Shown here: positions 24,934-37,009 of the stretch, one piece after another
How positions within the stretch are numbered: the first letter of the stretch is position 1
How the letters are laid out: each line of letters starts with the position of its first letter
Source: Somniosus microcephalus
Taxonomy: Eukaryota
Reading direction: 5' to 3'
Length of the DNA stretch: 64,000 nt
Assembly (NCBI GenBank): GCA_052327205.1
Contig: CM126203.1
Location: 303,428,001 to 303,492,000, forward strand
The notes under the pieces: generated by a model
Told to the model about the DNA's origin: nothing
The model's database searches: none
Seen by the model: only the letters and a program-made list of their open reading frames with translations
Program-made: the position numbers and the translations under genes

Positions 24934-25289
24934 GAGCAATTAACATTTTGGGTATTTTGGGTATGGACCATTTGTCAAAACTGAATTACTAATGTACTGA
25001 GCTGCGGCAATACATTCTGTTTCCAAAACCAGGCCCTTTCCTAAATTCTATCACTTCCTTTATCTGTATACTCTGTGCAAACTTAAAAGAGTATATATGT
25101 TCTGATTGGCAAAATTCTCATTTAATTTTTTTTAAATTCTGGCCTAAAAATAGAGCCCAGAATGATGTAGTATGAACAGGCTAAACATTTGTACCTGAAC
25201 TTCGCCAATTGGAAAACATACTTTAAAATCGCCAATTGGAAAACATATTTTAAAATACTGTCATTTACCCAGAACACATAGGATCAAAC

Positions 25290-26160
25290 ACAACAACAAC
25301 TTGCATTTATCTAGCACCTTTAACATAGTAAAAACATCCCAAGGCGCTTCACAGGAACATTATCAAACAAAATTTGACACCGAGCCACATAAAGACATAT
25401 TAGGATAGGTAACCAAAAGCTTGGTCAAAGAGGTAGGCTTTAAGGAGCGCTTTAAAGAAGGGCAGAGAGGTAGCGAGGTGGAGAGGTTTAGGGAGGGAAT
25501 TCCAGAAATTAGGGCCTAGGCAGCTGAAGGCACGGCTGCCAATGGTAGAGTGATAAAAACTGGGGATGCGCAGAGGCCAGAATTGGAGGAGCGCAGAGAT
25601 CTTGGAGGGTTGTGGGGCTGGAGGAGGTTACAGAGATAGGGAGGGCCGAGGCCAAGGAGGGATTTTAACAAAAGGATGAGAATTATAAAATCGAGGTGTT
25701 GCCGGACCGGGAGCACAGACGTGATGGGTGAACGGGACTTGGTGCGAGTTAGGACATGGGCAGCAGAATTTTGGATGAACTCAAGTTTATGGAGGGGGGA
25801 AGGTTGGAGGCTGGCCAGGAGAGCATTGAAATAGTCATGTCTAGAGGTAACAAAGGCATGGATGAGGGTTTCAGCAACTGATGAGCTGAGGCAGGGGTGG
25901 GGAAGGACGATATTATGGAGGTGGAAGTAGGCGGTCTTGGTGATGGAGAGGATATGGAGTCGCAAGCTCAGCTCAGGGTTAAATAGAATAGCAAGGTTGC
26001 GAACTGTCTGGTTTAGCCTCATTGAGTGGCCAGGGAAGGGGATGGAGTCAGAGGCTAGGGAACAGAGCTTGTGGCAGGGACCGAAGACAATGGCTTCGGT
26101 CTTCCCAATATTTAATTGAAAGAAATTTCTGGTCATCCAATATTGGATGTCAGACAAACA
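25290..26160 (-). mobile_element. L2 LINE 3' fragment
   Basis: ORF 25516-26157 (LNIGKTEAIVF, ETLIHAFVTSR.DY.N) is typical of the L2 ORF2 C-terminus; (GTT)n tail. Confidence 0.85.
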
Positions 26161-29100
26161 TAAACTTGGTATTTGTTTTTAAGATTTCTGGAAGATTTTG
26201 GTATTTTCTCCCCTTCCCTCGTTAGTTGTCCTTGCTGCATGCATTATACTGGGAAAATAGTTAGATGACCAGCTCATTTGGCAGGCACCAGTGACCTTAC
26301 CGCTGGGAGTTGCAAATACGTGACCTAAGCTGTTGAGTCCGAGTTTTCCAAATGTAGTTATGCTGAATAACTGGACACAGACAACAGAATACTTAAACAG
26401 GTCTTTAGTAATTGCGGGTCAGGGCTGAACTGAAATACAAACTGCTCCACAGGGTTTATATACCGGTGTGGTCACCACCGGTACTACAATATACAGGAGC
26501 CATCAGAAAGTAGTTCATCACCTTAAGGTAGTCTCTTAAGGTGGTACAGGTTACATACACTACAATTCCTCCCCTTTTAGCTTAACAGTGTACACCCCAA
26601 TTTAAACATAACATGGATAACATATATACAACTTTCATACAAAACTGTTCAAAGATTCAGTCTCCGAGGAGGCCTCCTGATCCGGGCCGGATAACGCCTT
26701 TCAGGGGTCTCTGGTTCTCGTTGCTGGGGTGACTCATCCATTGGATCTCTTATGGATTGAACATCATCATGTACGTTCGAGTCTGAGGTAGATGCTACAG
26801 GCTCAATAACTTCTTCAACTGGTGTCTCTGCCGTAGACATGGGGTCGACCCTTGTTCTCGATTCCACAAGTTGGTCAGCATGACGTCGTATTACGTTCTC
26901 ACCAACGTCTACCGTGTACATCAAGGGTCCTTGTCGGGCACGAATTGTTCCGGATTGCCATTTATCATTCCTATAGTCCCTGGTCAACACTGGTTGTCCT
27001 ATTTCGAAACTCCGAGTGCCCTTGTTATTTACGTGCTGGAATTGTTTGTTTTCGACTTCCCTACGCACATTGGGTTTTAACAAATCCAATCGGGACCGCA
27101 ACCTCCTGTTATAGAACATTATGGCAGGGCTTTGATTTGTCACTGCATGCGTGGCGTTTCGATATGCCATCAGGAAATTGTTCACCTTGTGTTGTAGTGG
27201 AATATGGTCTTCGCTCATAGCCTTTATCGCCTTTTTGAACGTTTGTACAAATCTCTCGGCCAACCCATTTGTAGCCGGATGATATGGGGCAGATGTATAG
27301 TGTTTCACCCCATTCTTCTTCATGAATTTCTGGAATTCTTCTGACACGAACTGTGGTCCGTTGTCTGAACATATTTGTTCCGGCAGCCCATTCCTTGCAA
27401 ATATGGTTCTTAGAACTGCGATCGTCTTTTCAGAGGTAGTGGTCGACATCTTAATCACTTCTGGCCATTTAGAATGTGCGTCTACCGCTATCAAAAACAT
27501 GGAATCCATGAATGGACCTGCAAAGTCGATATGCACACGTTGCCATGGGGTTGAAGGCCATTCCCACGGATGCAGCGGTGCAATTGGAGGTGCATTTTGA
27601 ACTTTTTGGCACCCTGAGCAGCTTTTAGTCAGATCCTCTATTTGTTTGTCGATACCTGGCCACCACACAAGCCCTAGCAAGGCCTTTCATCTTGACTCCC
27701 CCCAGATGACCTTCATGCAGTTCCTTCAGAACTCTCTCCCTTAATTTAGGAGGAATAATCACCCTTGTTCCATACATCAATGTTCCTTGACAGACGGACA
27801 GCTGCTCTCGTCTGGCTGAGAATGCCGGTAACAGTGGTTCGCCATGTGTTGGCCATCCCTTCACTGTCAAATCGTAGACCCGAGACAGTGTCGGGTCATT
27901 TCTGGTCTCTCTCTCAATACTCGCATTGGTGACTGGTAAGCATTCGATGATGGTCGAGTGAAATATCTCGACAGGGTCAACTGCCGGTGCCTCTTCCGCT
28001 GCAGGTAGTGGCAGGCGCGACAGCCCATCAGCATTACCATGTTGCTTTGTACCTTTGAATTCGATATCATATTGATGTGCCCCTAGGAAAAGGGACCATC
28101 TCTGAAGCCTCTGCGCCGTCATAACCGGAACACCCTTCTTAGGGTTAAAGATGGAAACCAACGGCTGGTGATCTGTCAGCAGCGTAAACCTTTGGCCTTG
28201 CAGGTAATGGTTAAATTTCTTAACTCCCCACACGAGGCTGAGAGCCTCCCTATCTATCTGAGCATAGTTGCGCTCAGCGGAGGTCAATGATCTGGATGTG
28301 AACGCGACTGGCCTTTCCAAGCCATTTGGCAACTTATGTGAAAGCACTGCCCCGATAACATATGGAGAAGCATCACAAGCTAAACGAATAGGCAGCGTTG
28401 GGTTAAAGTGAGCCGACACTTCCTTAGAGGTGATCAGTGCCTTACTTTTTGAAAAGCCCGCTTACAGTCCTCGCTCCACTTCCATGGTACTCCCATTTGC
28501 AAAAGAGTGTTCAGCGGGTGTAACACCGTGGATAAATTTGGAAGAGACTTGTGGTAATAGTTAATCAACCCAAGGAACGACCTCAACTGGGATACATTTT
28601 CCGGAGCGGGAGCTTTCACAACAGCTTCGATCTTGTCAGGTGACTTATGAAGCCCCTCCTGGTCAATGATGTGACCGCAGTACGAGATTCGCTTCTGAAA
28701 GAACTCACATTTCTGGCGATTAACTCTGAGTCCATATTCTTTCAATCTGGTGAGCACCTGCTCCAAATTCGCGAGGTGTTCCTTATCATCATCTCCTGTA
28801 ATCAGAATGTCGCCCAGGTAGCATTGTGTGCCTGGAATTCCCTGTAATACCTGCTCCATGGCCCTTTGCCAAATCGCTGGAGCCGATGCCACTCCAAAAA
28901 CCAGTCTATTATACCGATATAAGCCCTTATGTGTGTTGATCGTGAGATACTGGCGTGACGCTTCATCAACTTCCATCTGTAAGTACGCCTGTGCCAGGTC
29001 TATCTTGGTGAAGTGTTTCCCGCCAGAGAGCGAAGCGAAGATATCCTCAATCCGCGGAAGTGGATATTGCACCGTGTGAAGAACCGGATTAACAGTGATC

Positions 29101-29702
29101 TTGAAATCGCCACAGATGCGAACCTTCCCAGGTTCCCCCGGCTTGTTGCTCAACGAACGCTTCATGACGGGAACAATGGGCGTGGCCCATTCGCTCCAGT
29201 CCACCTTTGATAGTACTCCTGAATGTTCTAGCCCTTCCAGCTCTGCTTCCACAGCAGGTCGTATCGCATAAGGTACCGGTCTGGCTTTGAAAAATTTTGG
29301 GTTTGCATGTTCTTCAACCTTGATGTTTGCCATAATTCCTTTCAGTGTTCCCAGTCCCTGTTGGAACACCTCCTTAGCATCGTCCAATATTTTGGACAGT
29401 CGTTTAGGTTTGACGTCGTCCTCTTTACAGGAATCTACAGTTAGTGCTTGTAAGGAATGCCAGTCCATATTTATTCTCCAGATCCATTCCCGTCCCAGTA
29501 GTGGTGGACCTCCCTCAGGTAACACATACAAGTCCATTCCCTGACTTTCTTTACCATTGTAGACCACGTTTACCTTTATCTTTCCGATGGGGTATACTCT
29601 TTGCCCCGTGTATGTTTTCAATACAATCTCCGTATCCCTCAGGGGAATGTGTGAGAATAACCTTTTGTACTCTTGCTTATTCATGACTGTCAATGCCGAT
29701 CC

Positions 29703-30049
29703 AGTGGCATAGTGGTTAGCACTGTTGCCTCACAGCGCCAGGGACCCGGGTTCGAATCCAGCCCCGGGCAACTGTCTGTGTGGAGTTTGCATATTCTCCC
29801 CGTGTTTGCGTGGGTTTTCTCTGGGTGCTCCGGTTTCCTCCCACAGTCCAAAGATGTGCGGGTTAGGTTGATTGGCTATGATAAATTGACCCTTAGTGTT
29901 AGGGGGATTAAATACGTGGGGTTACAGGGATAGGGTGGGATATGTGTTGGTGTAGGGGTTACAGGGATCGGGTGGGATATGTGTCGGTGCAGGCTCGATG
30001 GGCCGAAATGGCCTCTATCTGCACTGTGGGGTTTCTGTGATTCTGTGAT
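29703..30049 (+). mobile_element. Near full-length HE1-like V-SINE
   Basis: A box TGGCATAGTGG, B box GGTTCGAATCC (29749-29759), V-domain GTGTGGAGTTTGC..TTCTCCCCGTG, CR1-like tail (TTCTGTGA)n. Confidence 0.88.
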
Positions 30050-30086
30050 CCTGCTATCCGAAGCATGACCCAGATAGTTTGGTGGT

Positions 30087-33000
30087 TGAAATAAAGAATA
30101 GATTTGCCTTCCAAAGCTAGGCTTTATTAACTTTAAAATCTGCAGCACATCTTCCCACATCCAGTCCCAACCAAAGCTGGAAAAGAACTGAATTTAAGGT
30201 GGCCACAACACATCATGTGATCATCAACTACCAATGAGATTACAACATATATCCCAAGGCAGTTAACAAACAACCAATCACAATACTTTTACTAAACAAG
30301 GAATAATCACCACATTCACCCCTCCTTTTAAAATATACTCCAACCTAAATAACCTTTACAATTTATAATTAATTATTTACAACTAAAACTATGCACAACA
30401 AGAATAAAACTGTTCACATGACACAATACTAAATGAACAACAACAAATAGTAACATTGCACATAAGTATTAAGTATCTCTCAACTAAAACAATATACTAT
30501 AATATTTCAACAATTTTAAAACATTACTATCAATTTAAAAGTCCATTTTCAATCGGTCGACCGGATATCTTGTTCGTGTCGACCTTCTTAACCTTGGTGA
30601 AATTCCTTGCCCTCCCACACCAGAAGGCACAGAAGTATCTTCAGCAGGAAGGCTATCCATATCCCGATTTTCCACGGTTTCCGGATTAGAAATCCCATCA
30701 GAAGGTAAACTGGGACGGTCATAAACATCTATCAAGGGCTGACTAAGAGAAGTATAATTATCTGCAATCGGATTGGAAATATTCGTAGTATCTGTAACAG
30801 CATCCACATTATCTGAATCATGACTATTGTTAATATCCTCAGAAGAGGGCTGGCCCCCACAAGGAGCCAAGTCTTTAATTGAAACAGTACTTTCTTTCCC
30901 ATCTTGGAATCGAATATGAGCATATTGGGAATTTGCCTCCAACAGCTCCACCTCCTCCACCAAAGGATCATATTTTGACAATCTAACATGGCGTCGAAGC
31001 AGCACAGGTCCCTGCATAGTAAGCCATGAAGGTACCGAATATCCCGTAGTAGATCTCCACGGATAGTTAAAGAGCCATTCATGGGGGGTCACATTAGTAG
31101 CCGTTGAAAGCAATGATCTAATGGAATGCAGGGCATCAGGCAGTACCATTTCCCACTGTGTATTCTTAAGGTTCCGGGATGTCAAAGCCAACATAACTGC
31201 CTTCCAGATCACCCCATTGTATCGTTCGCACTGTCCATTACCCTGGGGATTATACAGGGTAGTTCTACTAGTAGAAATTCCCCGACTCTGAAGGTATTCC
31301 TTCAACTGGGAAGACATAAAAGAACTTCCCTGATCCGATATACGCAGGCATCCCAAAGATGACAAAAAGTTGAGTCAGACATTTAATAACTGTAGCAGCT
31401 GATACATCTGCACAAGGAAAAGCAAAAGGGAACCTTGAAAACTCATCCACAACAGTAAATATATATCGGTTTTGAGTAGTTGAAGGAAGAGGCCCCTTAA
31501 AATCGACGCTCAAACGTTCAAAAGGAGAAGTAGCCTTTATAAGATGAGCTCGTTGAGGCTTAAAGAAATTCGGTTTACACCGAGCACAGATAAAACATGA
31601 TGAAGTCATCCGCTTGACGTCTTCAACTGAAAAAGGCAAGTTCTTACTGCGTACAAAGTGTATCATCCTCGTAACCCCAGGATGACATAAGGCATTGTGA
31701 AGATTAATAAGCGTATCTCCGTGAATCACAGAACAATAAGCCCTCGACAGTGCATCAGCAGCAACATTATCCTTCCCCGGACGATAAACTATGTCAAAAT
31801 GGTAACATGTCAACTCAATCCTCCATCTCATTATTTTATCATTTTTGATCTTTCCAAAATGTTTAACATCAAACATAAAGGACACAGATTTTTGATCAGC
31901 TACCAACGTGAAATGTCGCCCCGATAAATAATGTCTCCATTTACGCAATGCTTCTACTATTGCGTATGCCTCTTTATTGAAGAATGTCTTTTTTCACTAT
32001 TGTTCAAAGTACGTGAGAAAAAGGCCACAGGTCTTCCATTTTGGTTCAGAGTAGCCCCAATTGCAAAATCCGAAGCATTCGTCTCGATCACAAAGGGAAC
32101 CTGCTCATCAATAGAATGCACAACTGCTCCTAAAATATCCTTTTTAAAATTCTCAAAACATGTCCTGGCCTCCCATGATAGAGGATATGTTGTAACCCGA
32201 ATAAGAGGCCGGATCTTCCGTGAAAAATTTGCAATCCAATTAGAATAATAAGAAAACAGTCCAACAACTCGTTGCAAAGCCTTAGAATTAGTAGGACAAG
32301 GTAAATCAATCAATGGTCGCAGACGTTCTGGATCTGGTTTAATCTTGTTTCCCGAGATAATATACCCCAATAGATTTACCTCAGTAGTCGAAAAGATACA
32401 TTTCTCTTTGTTAAAAGTTAAACCAACTTTTTCCGCAGCTTGAAGGAATCTTTTAAAATTAGAATCATGCTCCACCCTTGATTTGCCACACACTGATGTC
32501 ATCTAAGTATGAAAAGGTGTCAGAGAGGGAGTTATCACTTATAAAAGCATCCATTGCCCGTTGAAAACAAGCAACACCATTAGTAACACCAAATGGTATT
32601 CGGCAAAACTGATACAGCTTTCCACCAGCCTCAAAGGCCGTATATGGTTGATCCTTCTTAACAATAGGAATCTGATGATAAGCACTCTTTAAATCAATAG
32701 TGCTAAAAACCTTATACTGAGATACTTTGTTGATAAGCTCATCAATCTTAGGCAAAGGGTACGCATCTAATTGAGTATACCTATTAATAGTTTGGGAATA
32801 GTCTGTCACCATTTGTTTCTTGTGTCTCTCGTTAGTCGTGACAACTACCTGTGCTCGCCAAGGCGAACAACTAGGTTCAATGATTCCTTCCAATAAGAGA
32901 CGTTGAACTTCAGAATTAATAAATTCTCTATCCTGACTACTATATCTTCTTGACTTGATAGCAATTGGCTTATAATCCGACATCAAATTGGAAAAAAGTG

Positions 33001-34514
33001 ATAATGGAGAAATAGATAAAGAGGTTAATCCACAAATAGATAAAGGTGGCTTAGTCCCTCCAAATGAAAGACTAAGAGACTCGTGTAACTGAAGCACATC
33101 ATGTCCAATCAAAATATCCGCACAGAGATTAGGCAAAACAGATAGGCGTATATCAGTATATGTATTACCTAGAAGAATCATTTTCACAAAGCAACAACCA
33201 GCTATTTGTGAAGTAAGGGTCGTCTGAGCCATACACACCTGATACGTAACAGGCGAAATTTTCAAATGCTTCTCCTTCGCAAACTGAAGACTTATAAAAC
33301 TCAGTACTGCCCGTATCTATAAGGGCCTTCACTTCCAACCCATTAACTTGAGCCGTAACTATAGCTTTGTTTAGGCCATGAGCAAATGCAGCAGAAATTG
33401 ATGCAATAAACGCCCTATCTAAAGGCTGAATAGTCACAGAGGAGGTAGTGAAGGAGGACCCTCCCACACCAGGAGAGGAGGAGGTAATTGAACCTGATGA
33501 TTTGCACACACGTGCATAATGACCTCTCTTGCTGCATTTACTACACACAGCCTCCCGAGCAGGACACTTCAGACGAGGGTGCCGGATATTCCCACAAAAA
33601 TAACACTTCTGAATCCTAGAGGCAACAGCCGCCGAAGTAGAAACTGTTTCAGAATCTAGTAAACCACTCCCATTAAGTCCACATAATTCCTTTTCATCCG
33701 AAACTGCCAAAACCATAGTCGCAGGCCGATTAAAAAGAGCATAAGAATCCGAACTTCTCTGAGCCACATCCAATGTAGAAGCTTGCTCAAAAGCACTTTT
33801 AAGATCCAAAGCCTTATTTTCTAACAACCGCTGACGAATTGATCTAGACAGTAATCCATTAATAAAAGCATCCCGTACCGATTCTTCCTTATATTCTTCA
33901 GCCGTCACGGCCTTATAATTACAGTTAACACTAAGGCACCGAAGTGCTTGTAAATAAGTATCCAAAGATTCTCCCACCTGCTGCCTACGGGCAGATAGAA
34001 GGTGACGTGCAAATACCTCATTCTTTGGTTTAACAAAAATCTTTTCCAATGTAGAAATAGCCACTTCATAAGTTTTACAGTCCAAAATATATTTATATAC
34101 ATCCGGAGCAATGTAGTTGATCAGCATATTCAGCTTATTTAGAGACTCTTGATCCAACACGCCCAAAAAGTTTTTAAATGTACAATACCAATGTTTCCAT
34201 TTATCATCCACTCCAGCAGAATTGGGGTCAGCCTTGAATCGTTCTGGTTGAAGATATCGCTCCATTCTAACATAAAGTTAATAAATTGAAATAAAGAATA
34301 GATTTGCCTTCCAAAGCTAGGCTTTATTAACTTTAAAATCTGCAGCACATCTTCCCACATCCAGTCCCAACCAAAGCTGGAAAAGAACTGAATTTAAGGT
34401 GGCCACAACACATCATGTGATCATCAACTACCAATGAGATTACAACATATATCCCAAGGCAGTTAACAAACAACCAATCACAATACTTTTACTAAACAAG
34501 GAATAATCACCACA
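30087..34514 (-). mobile_element. Nested Gypsy element with identical LTRs, no tRNA PBS, frameshifted gag-pol
   Basis: 228-bp LTRs at 30087-30314 and 34287-34514, TSD GTGGT, PPT next to 30314. Five ORF pieces (34265 to 30535) are homologous to the ORF at 43475-47248. Confidence 0.95.
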
Positions 34515-36809
34515 GTGGTCTGCTGTGTTACCCACATTATGTATTTTTAGACAACCCGGTTCCTTACTGCTGGAGTCTGAATCCGTCTTTTGTTCATCCG
34601 AACTGTTCTCTGTCACCTTGTGTACTTTCTTGTACTTCTCCTGCGGCGACTTTTTGTTGCTGGTCTTCTTTCCTGACCGGCATACTTTCGCTATGTGACC
34701 AAGTCTGCCACATTTCCTGCATTCTTTATCTTTGAACCAGCACTGGTTCTGACCATGCGCTGTCCTTCCGCAACGATAACACTTTACTGCACCCAATGCC
34801 ATTTCATTGGTGCTGAATTCCGATGGCCTTTGCTGCATTTCCGCAGTGCCTCGTGCTGCTGCCTCGTGCGATGCTGCAATGCTGAAAGCTTTGTCCAGCG
34901 TAAGATCCTTTTCCTCTAGCAGTCGCTTCTGGGTTCCTTCCTTTAGTAGCCCACACACGAACTTATCTCTCAGAGCGTCTGCTAGTCCTGTACCGAACTG
35001 ACAGTACTTTGATAACTTGCGCAGTTCGATTAAGAATTCAGCGTTGCTTTCCTCTTTAAGCTGAGTTCTTTTGTAAAATTTAAATCGTTCCGCTATCAGC
35101 AGCGGCGTGGGGTTTAAATGCTCTTGCAGGATAGTAACAATCTCCGCGAAACTCTTTCCTACCGGTTTATCTGGTGTTACAAGGTGCCTTAATAACCCGT
35201 ACGTCTTCGCACCCATCGAGTTTAATATGGTTAGTGCTTTCTTATCCGCCAGTACCTCATTCGCTGTACAGTAAACTTTAACGCGTTCCACATAAGTGGC
35301 CCAATCTTCTACATCGCTATCAAAAGCAGTGATGTTACCCGTTTTTGGCATCTTGTTGAGTTTCCTTTATTTTATTTATTTTTCCAAAATGGCGGCTTCC
35401 CGCGCTTGGTGGCTTTTCCCGTGCTTATCTTCTTCCCCCGCCGACTAAAATGGCGATTACCGCGCTGTTGCCGTTCTCGCCTCCCAGCTGTCCTTATTTC
35501 CCCCGACGCTGCTGCTCTTGTTCCCCGCCGCTCCCGCGATCCTCGTGGACATTAACGCTTTTCTGGCTGCTGCGCGTCTCTGCCCGGTTGCAGTCCGGCC
35601 CTTTTCACCGGCTGCGGTCGTGTTCTCCGCCCTTTTCTTCGGTTTCCCTCCCCTTCTCCCACTGACAACTCGGCCGACTTTCTCTCCGTGTCGCTAGATT
35701 GGGCTTACCCGCCGCTGTCGTAGAAGGGATGATCACTGCCTGTTGCTGATGGTGGACTTCGTGGCCAGCAATTCCAAACCGGGTTCTCGATGCCTCCCGT
35801 GCGATGCGGTGCTCAGCAGGATGATGAGGGCGGATGCCCCTTTTCGACGCCCGTTCTGAGGACGAAGCTTCCTTGGATGCAAAACTGCCGCTAGGTACGA
35901 TCAGACTCATCGCCACTGTTGAGTCTGTGTTTTCCAAATGTAGTTATGCTGAATAACTGGACACAGACAACAGAATACTTAAACAGGTCTTTAGTAATTG
36001 AGGGTCAGGGCTGAACTGAAATACAAACTGCTCCACAGGGTTTATATACTGGTGTGGTCACCACCGGTACTACAATATACAGGAGCCATCAGAAAGTAGT
36101 TCATCACCTTAAGGTAGTCTCTTAAGGTGGTACAGGTTACATACACTACATAAGCTGACTCTCCTTCTGGTTCCCTTTCTTGGGGATAAGCTTATGGCTA
36201 GGGGATGTGACTTGTCTCTATTAGAACCAATCAGAAACCTGAATTTTTACTGCCTCCAGGACTTTTTTGTGCAAACTTGTGATATTTGGATCGCAAATTA
36301 AGTCACAGAGATAAAACTGGGAAATGAAGCTTGCCACGTGGGAAATGGAAGATAGAAGCCGAAGAAAGACCGCTGTTGATAGGCTCACTGAGACTTCTGA
36401 TGTTCTGTTCTTCCATGCTGTGTTTTTATTATTTTAATGTATCTCATAACCGTAAAGAGTTCTTTCAAAGGATGGTGGAAGTGACAGTTTGTAAACCAGT
36501 CTATGTACAACATGAATTCATGACATAGCTTTGAGATTCATCAGTGCTTAGATCTTTGAAAAAGAGCTGCTTCCTTTGGAATTACAATTTCGGTCTATAG
36601 ACTATAAACATAAATACTCTGAAGTCTAGCAGACACTATAGCAATTTGAAAAGATATGATTGCATTAATATGTTATGAACAAACTGTTTAGTGAATGGAA
36701 TATTATTTGTCAAATGGTTTGGTTATGTGTTATGTACATTCCAAACCCTCTTGCTTTAAAAACTGTGTTTGTCTGGTGATGCCTGAGGCTGTCCACAGGA
36801 CTTTGAGGG

Positions 36810-36817
36810 TATTTAAA
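36810..36817 (+). promoter_or_regulatory. Candidate TATA box of downstream aqp3
   Basis: TATTTAAA about 90 nt upstream of the exon-1 ATG. Confidence 0.5.
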
Positions 36818-36901
36818 GGCAAACAGCAGAGCTCCAGTAATTTGCAATTGCACTGGCTGCACCAACATTAATCCGTCAAAACCTCAATTCCACAATTCAA
36901 A

Positions 36902-37009
36902 ATGGGAAAACAAAAAGCAATAATCAGAAAAATTGAAGATTCATTCAGAATAAAAAATCTGTTGGTAAGACAATGTCTTGCTGAATGTTTAGGAACGTTG
37001 ATTCTTGTG
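36902..37009 (+). CDS. aqp3: AQP3-type gene, downstream copy, exon 1 (missed by ORF track)
   Basis: 108 coding nt, MGKQKAIIRKIEDSFRIKNLLVRQCLAECLGTLILV, then a GTAAGT donor. Same length and C-terminal half as human AQP3 exon 1 (MGRQKE...RQALAECLGTLILV). Confidence 0.93.

Larger units (their letters stand above)
26331..36150 (-). mobile_element. Full-length Gypsy LTR retrotransposon (Mag-like), host of two nested insertions
   Basis: 234-bp LTRs at 26331-26564 and 35917-36150 (4 differences by eye), TSD TAAGC, PPT next to 26564, PBS TGGCGATGAG (tRNA-Ser-like). Gag starts at 35351 with two CCHC knuckles; RT/RH/IN fragments span 26649-29693. Confidence 0.95.

Noticed and set aside
25203-25256. 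27-bp direct repeat as CRISPR-like or regulatory array
   Set aside because: Only two adjacent copies with no spacer; simple tandem duplication in eukaryotic DNA
29703-29765. tRNA gene (also about 2005-2070)
   Set aside because: A and B boxes are SINE heads followed by SINE cores and LINE-type tails
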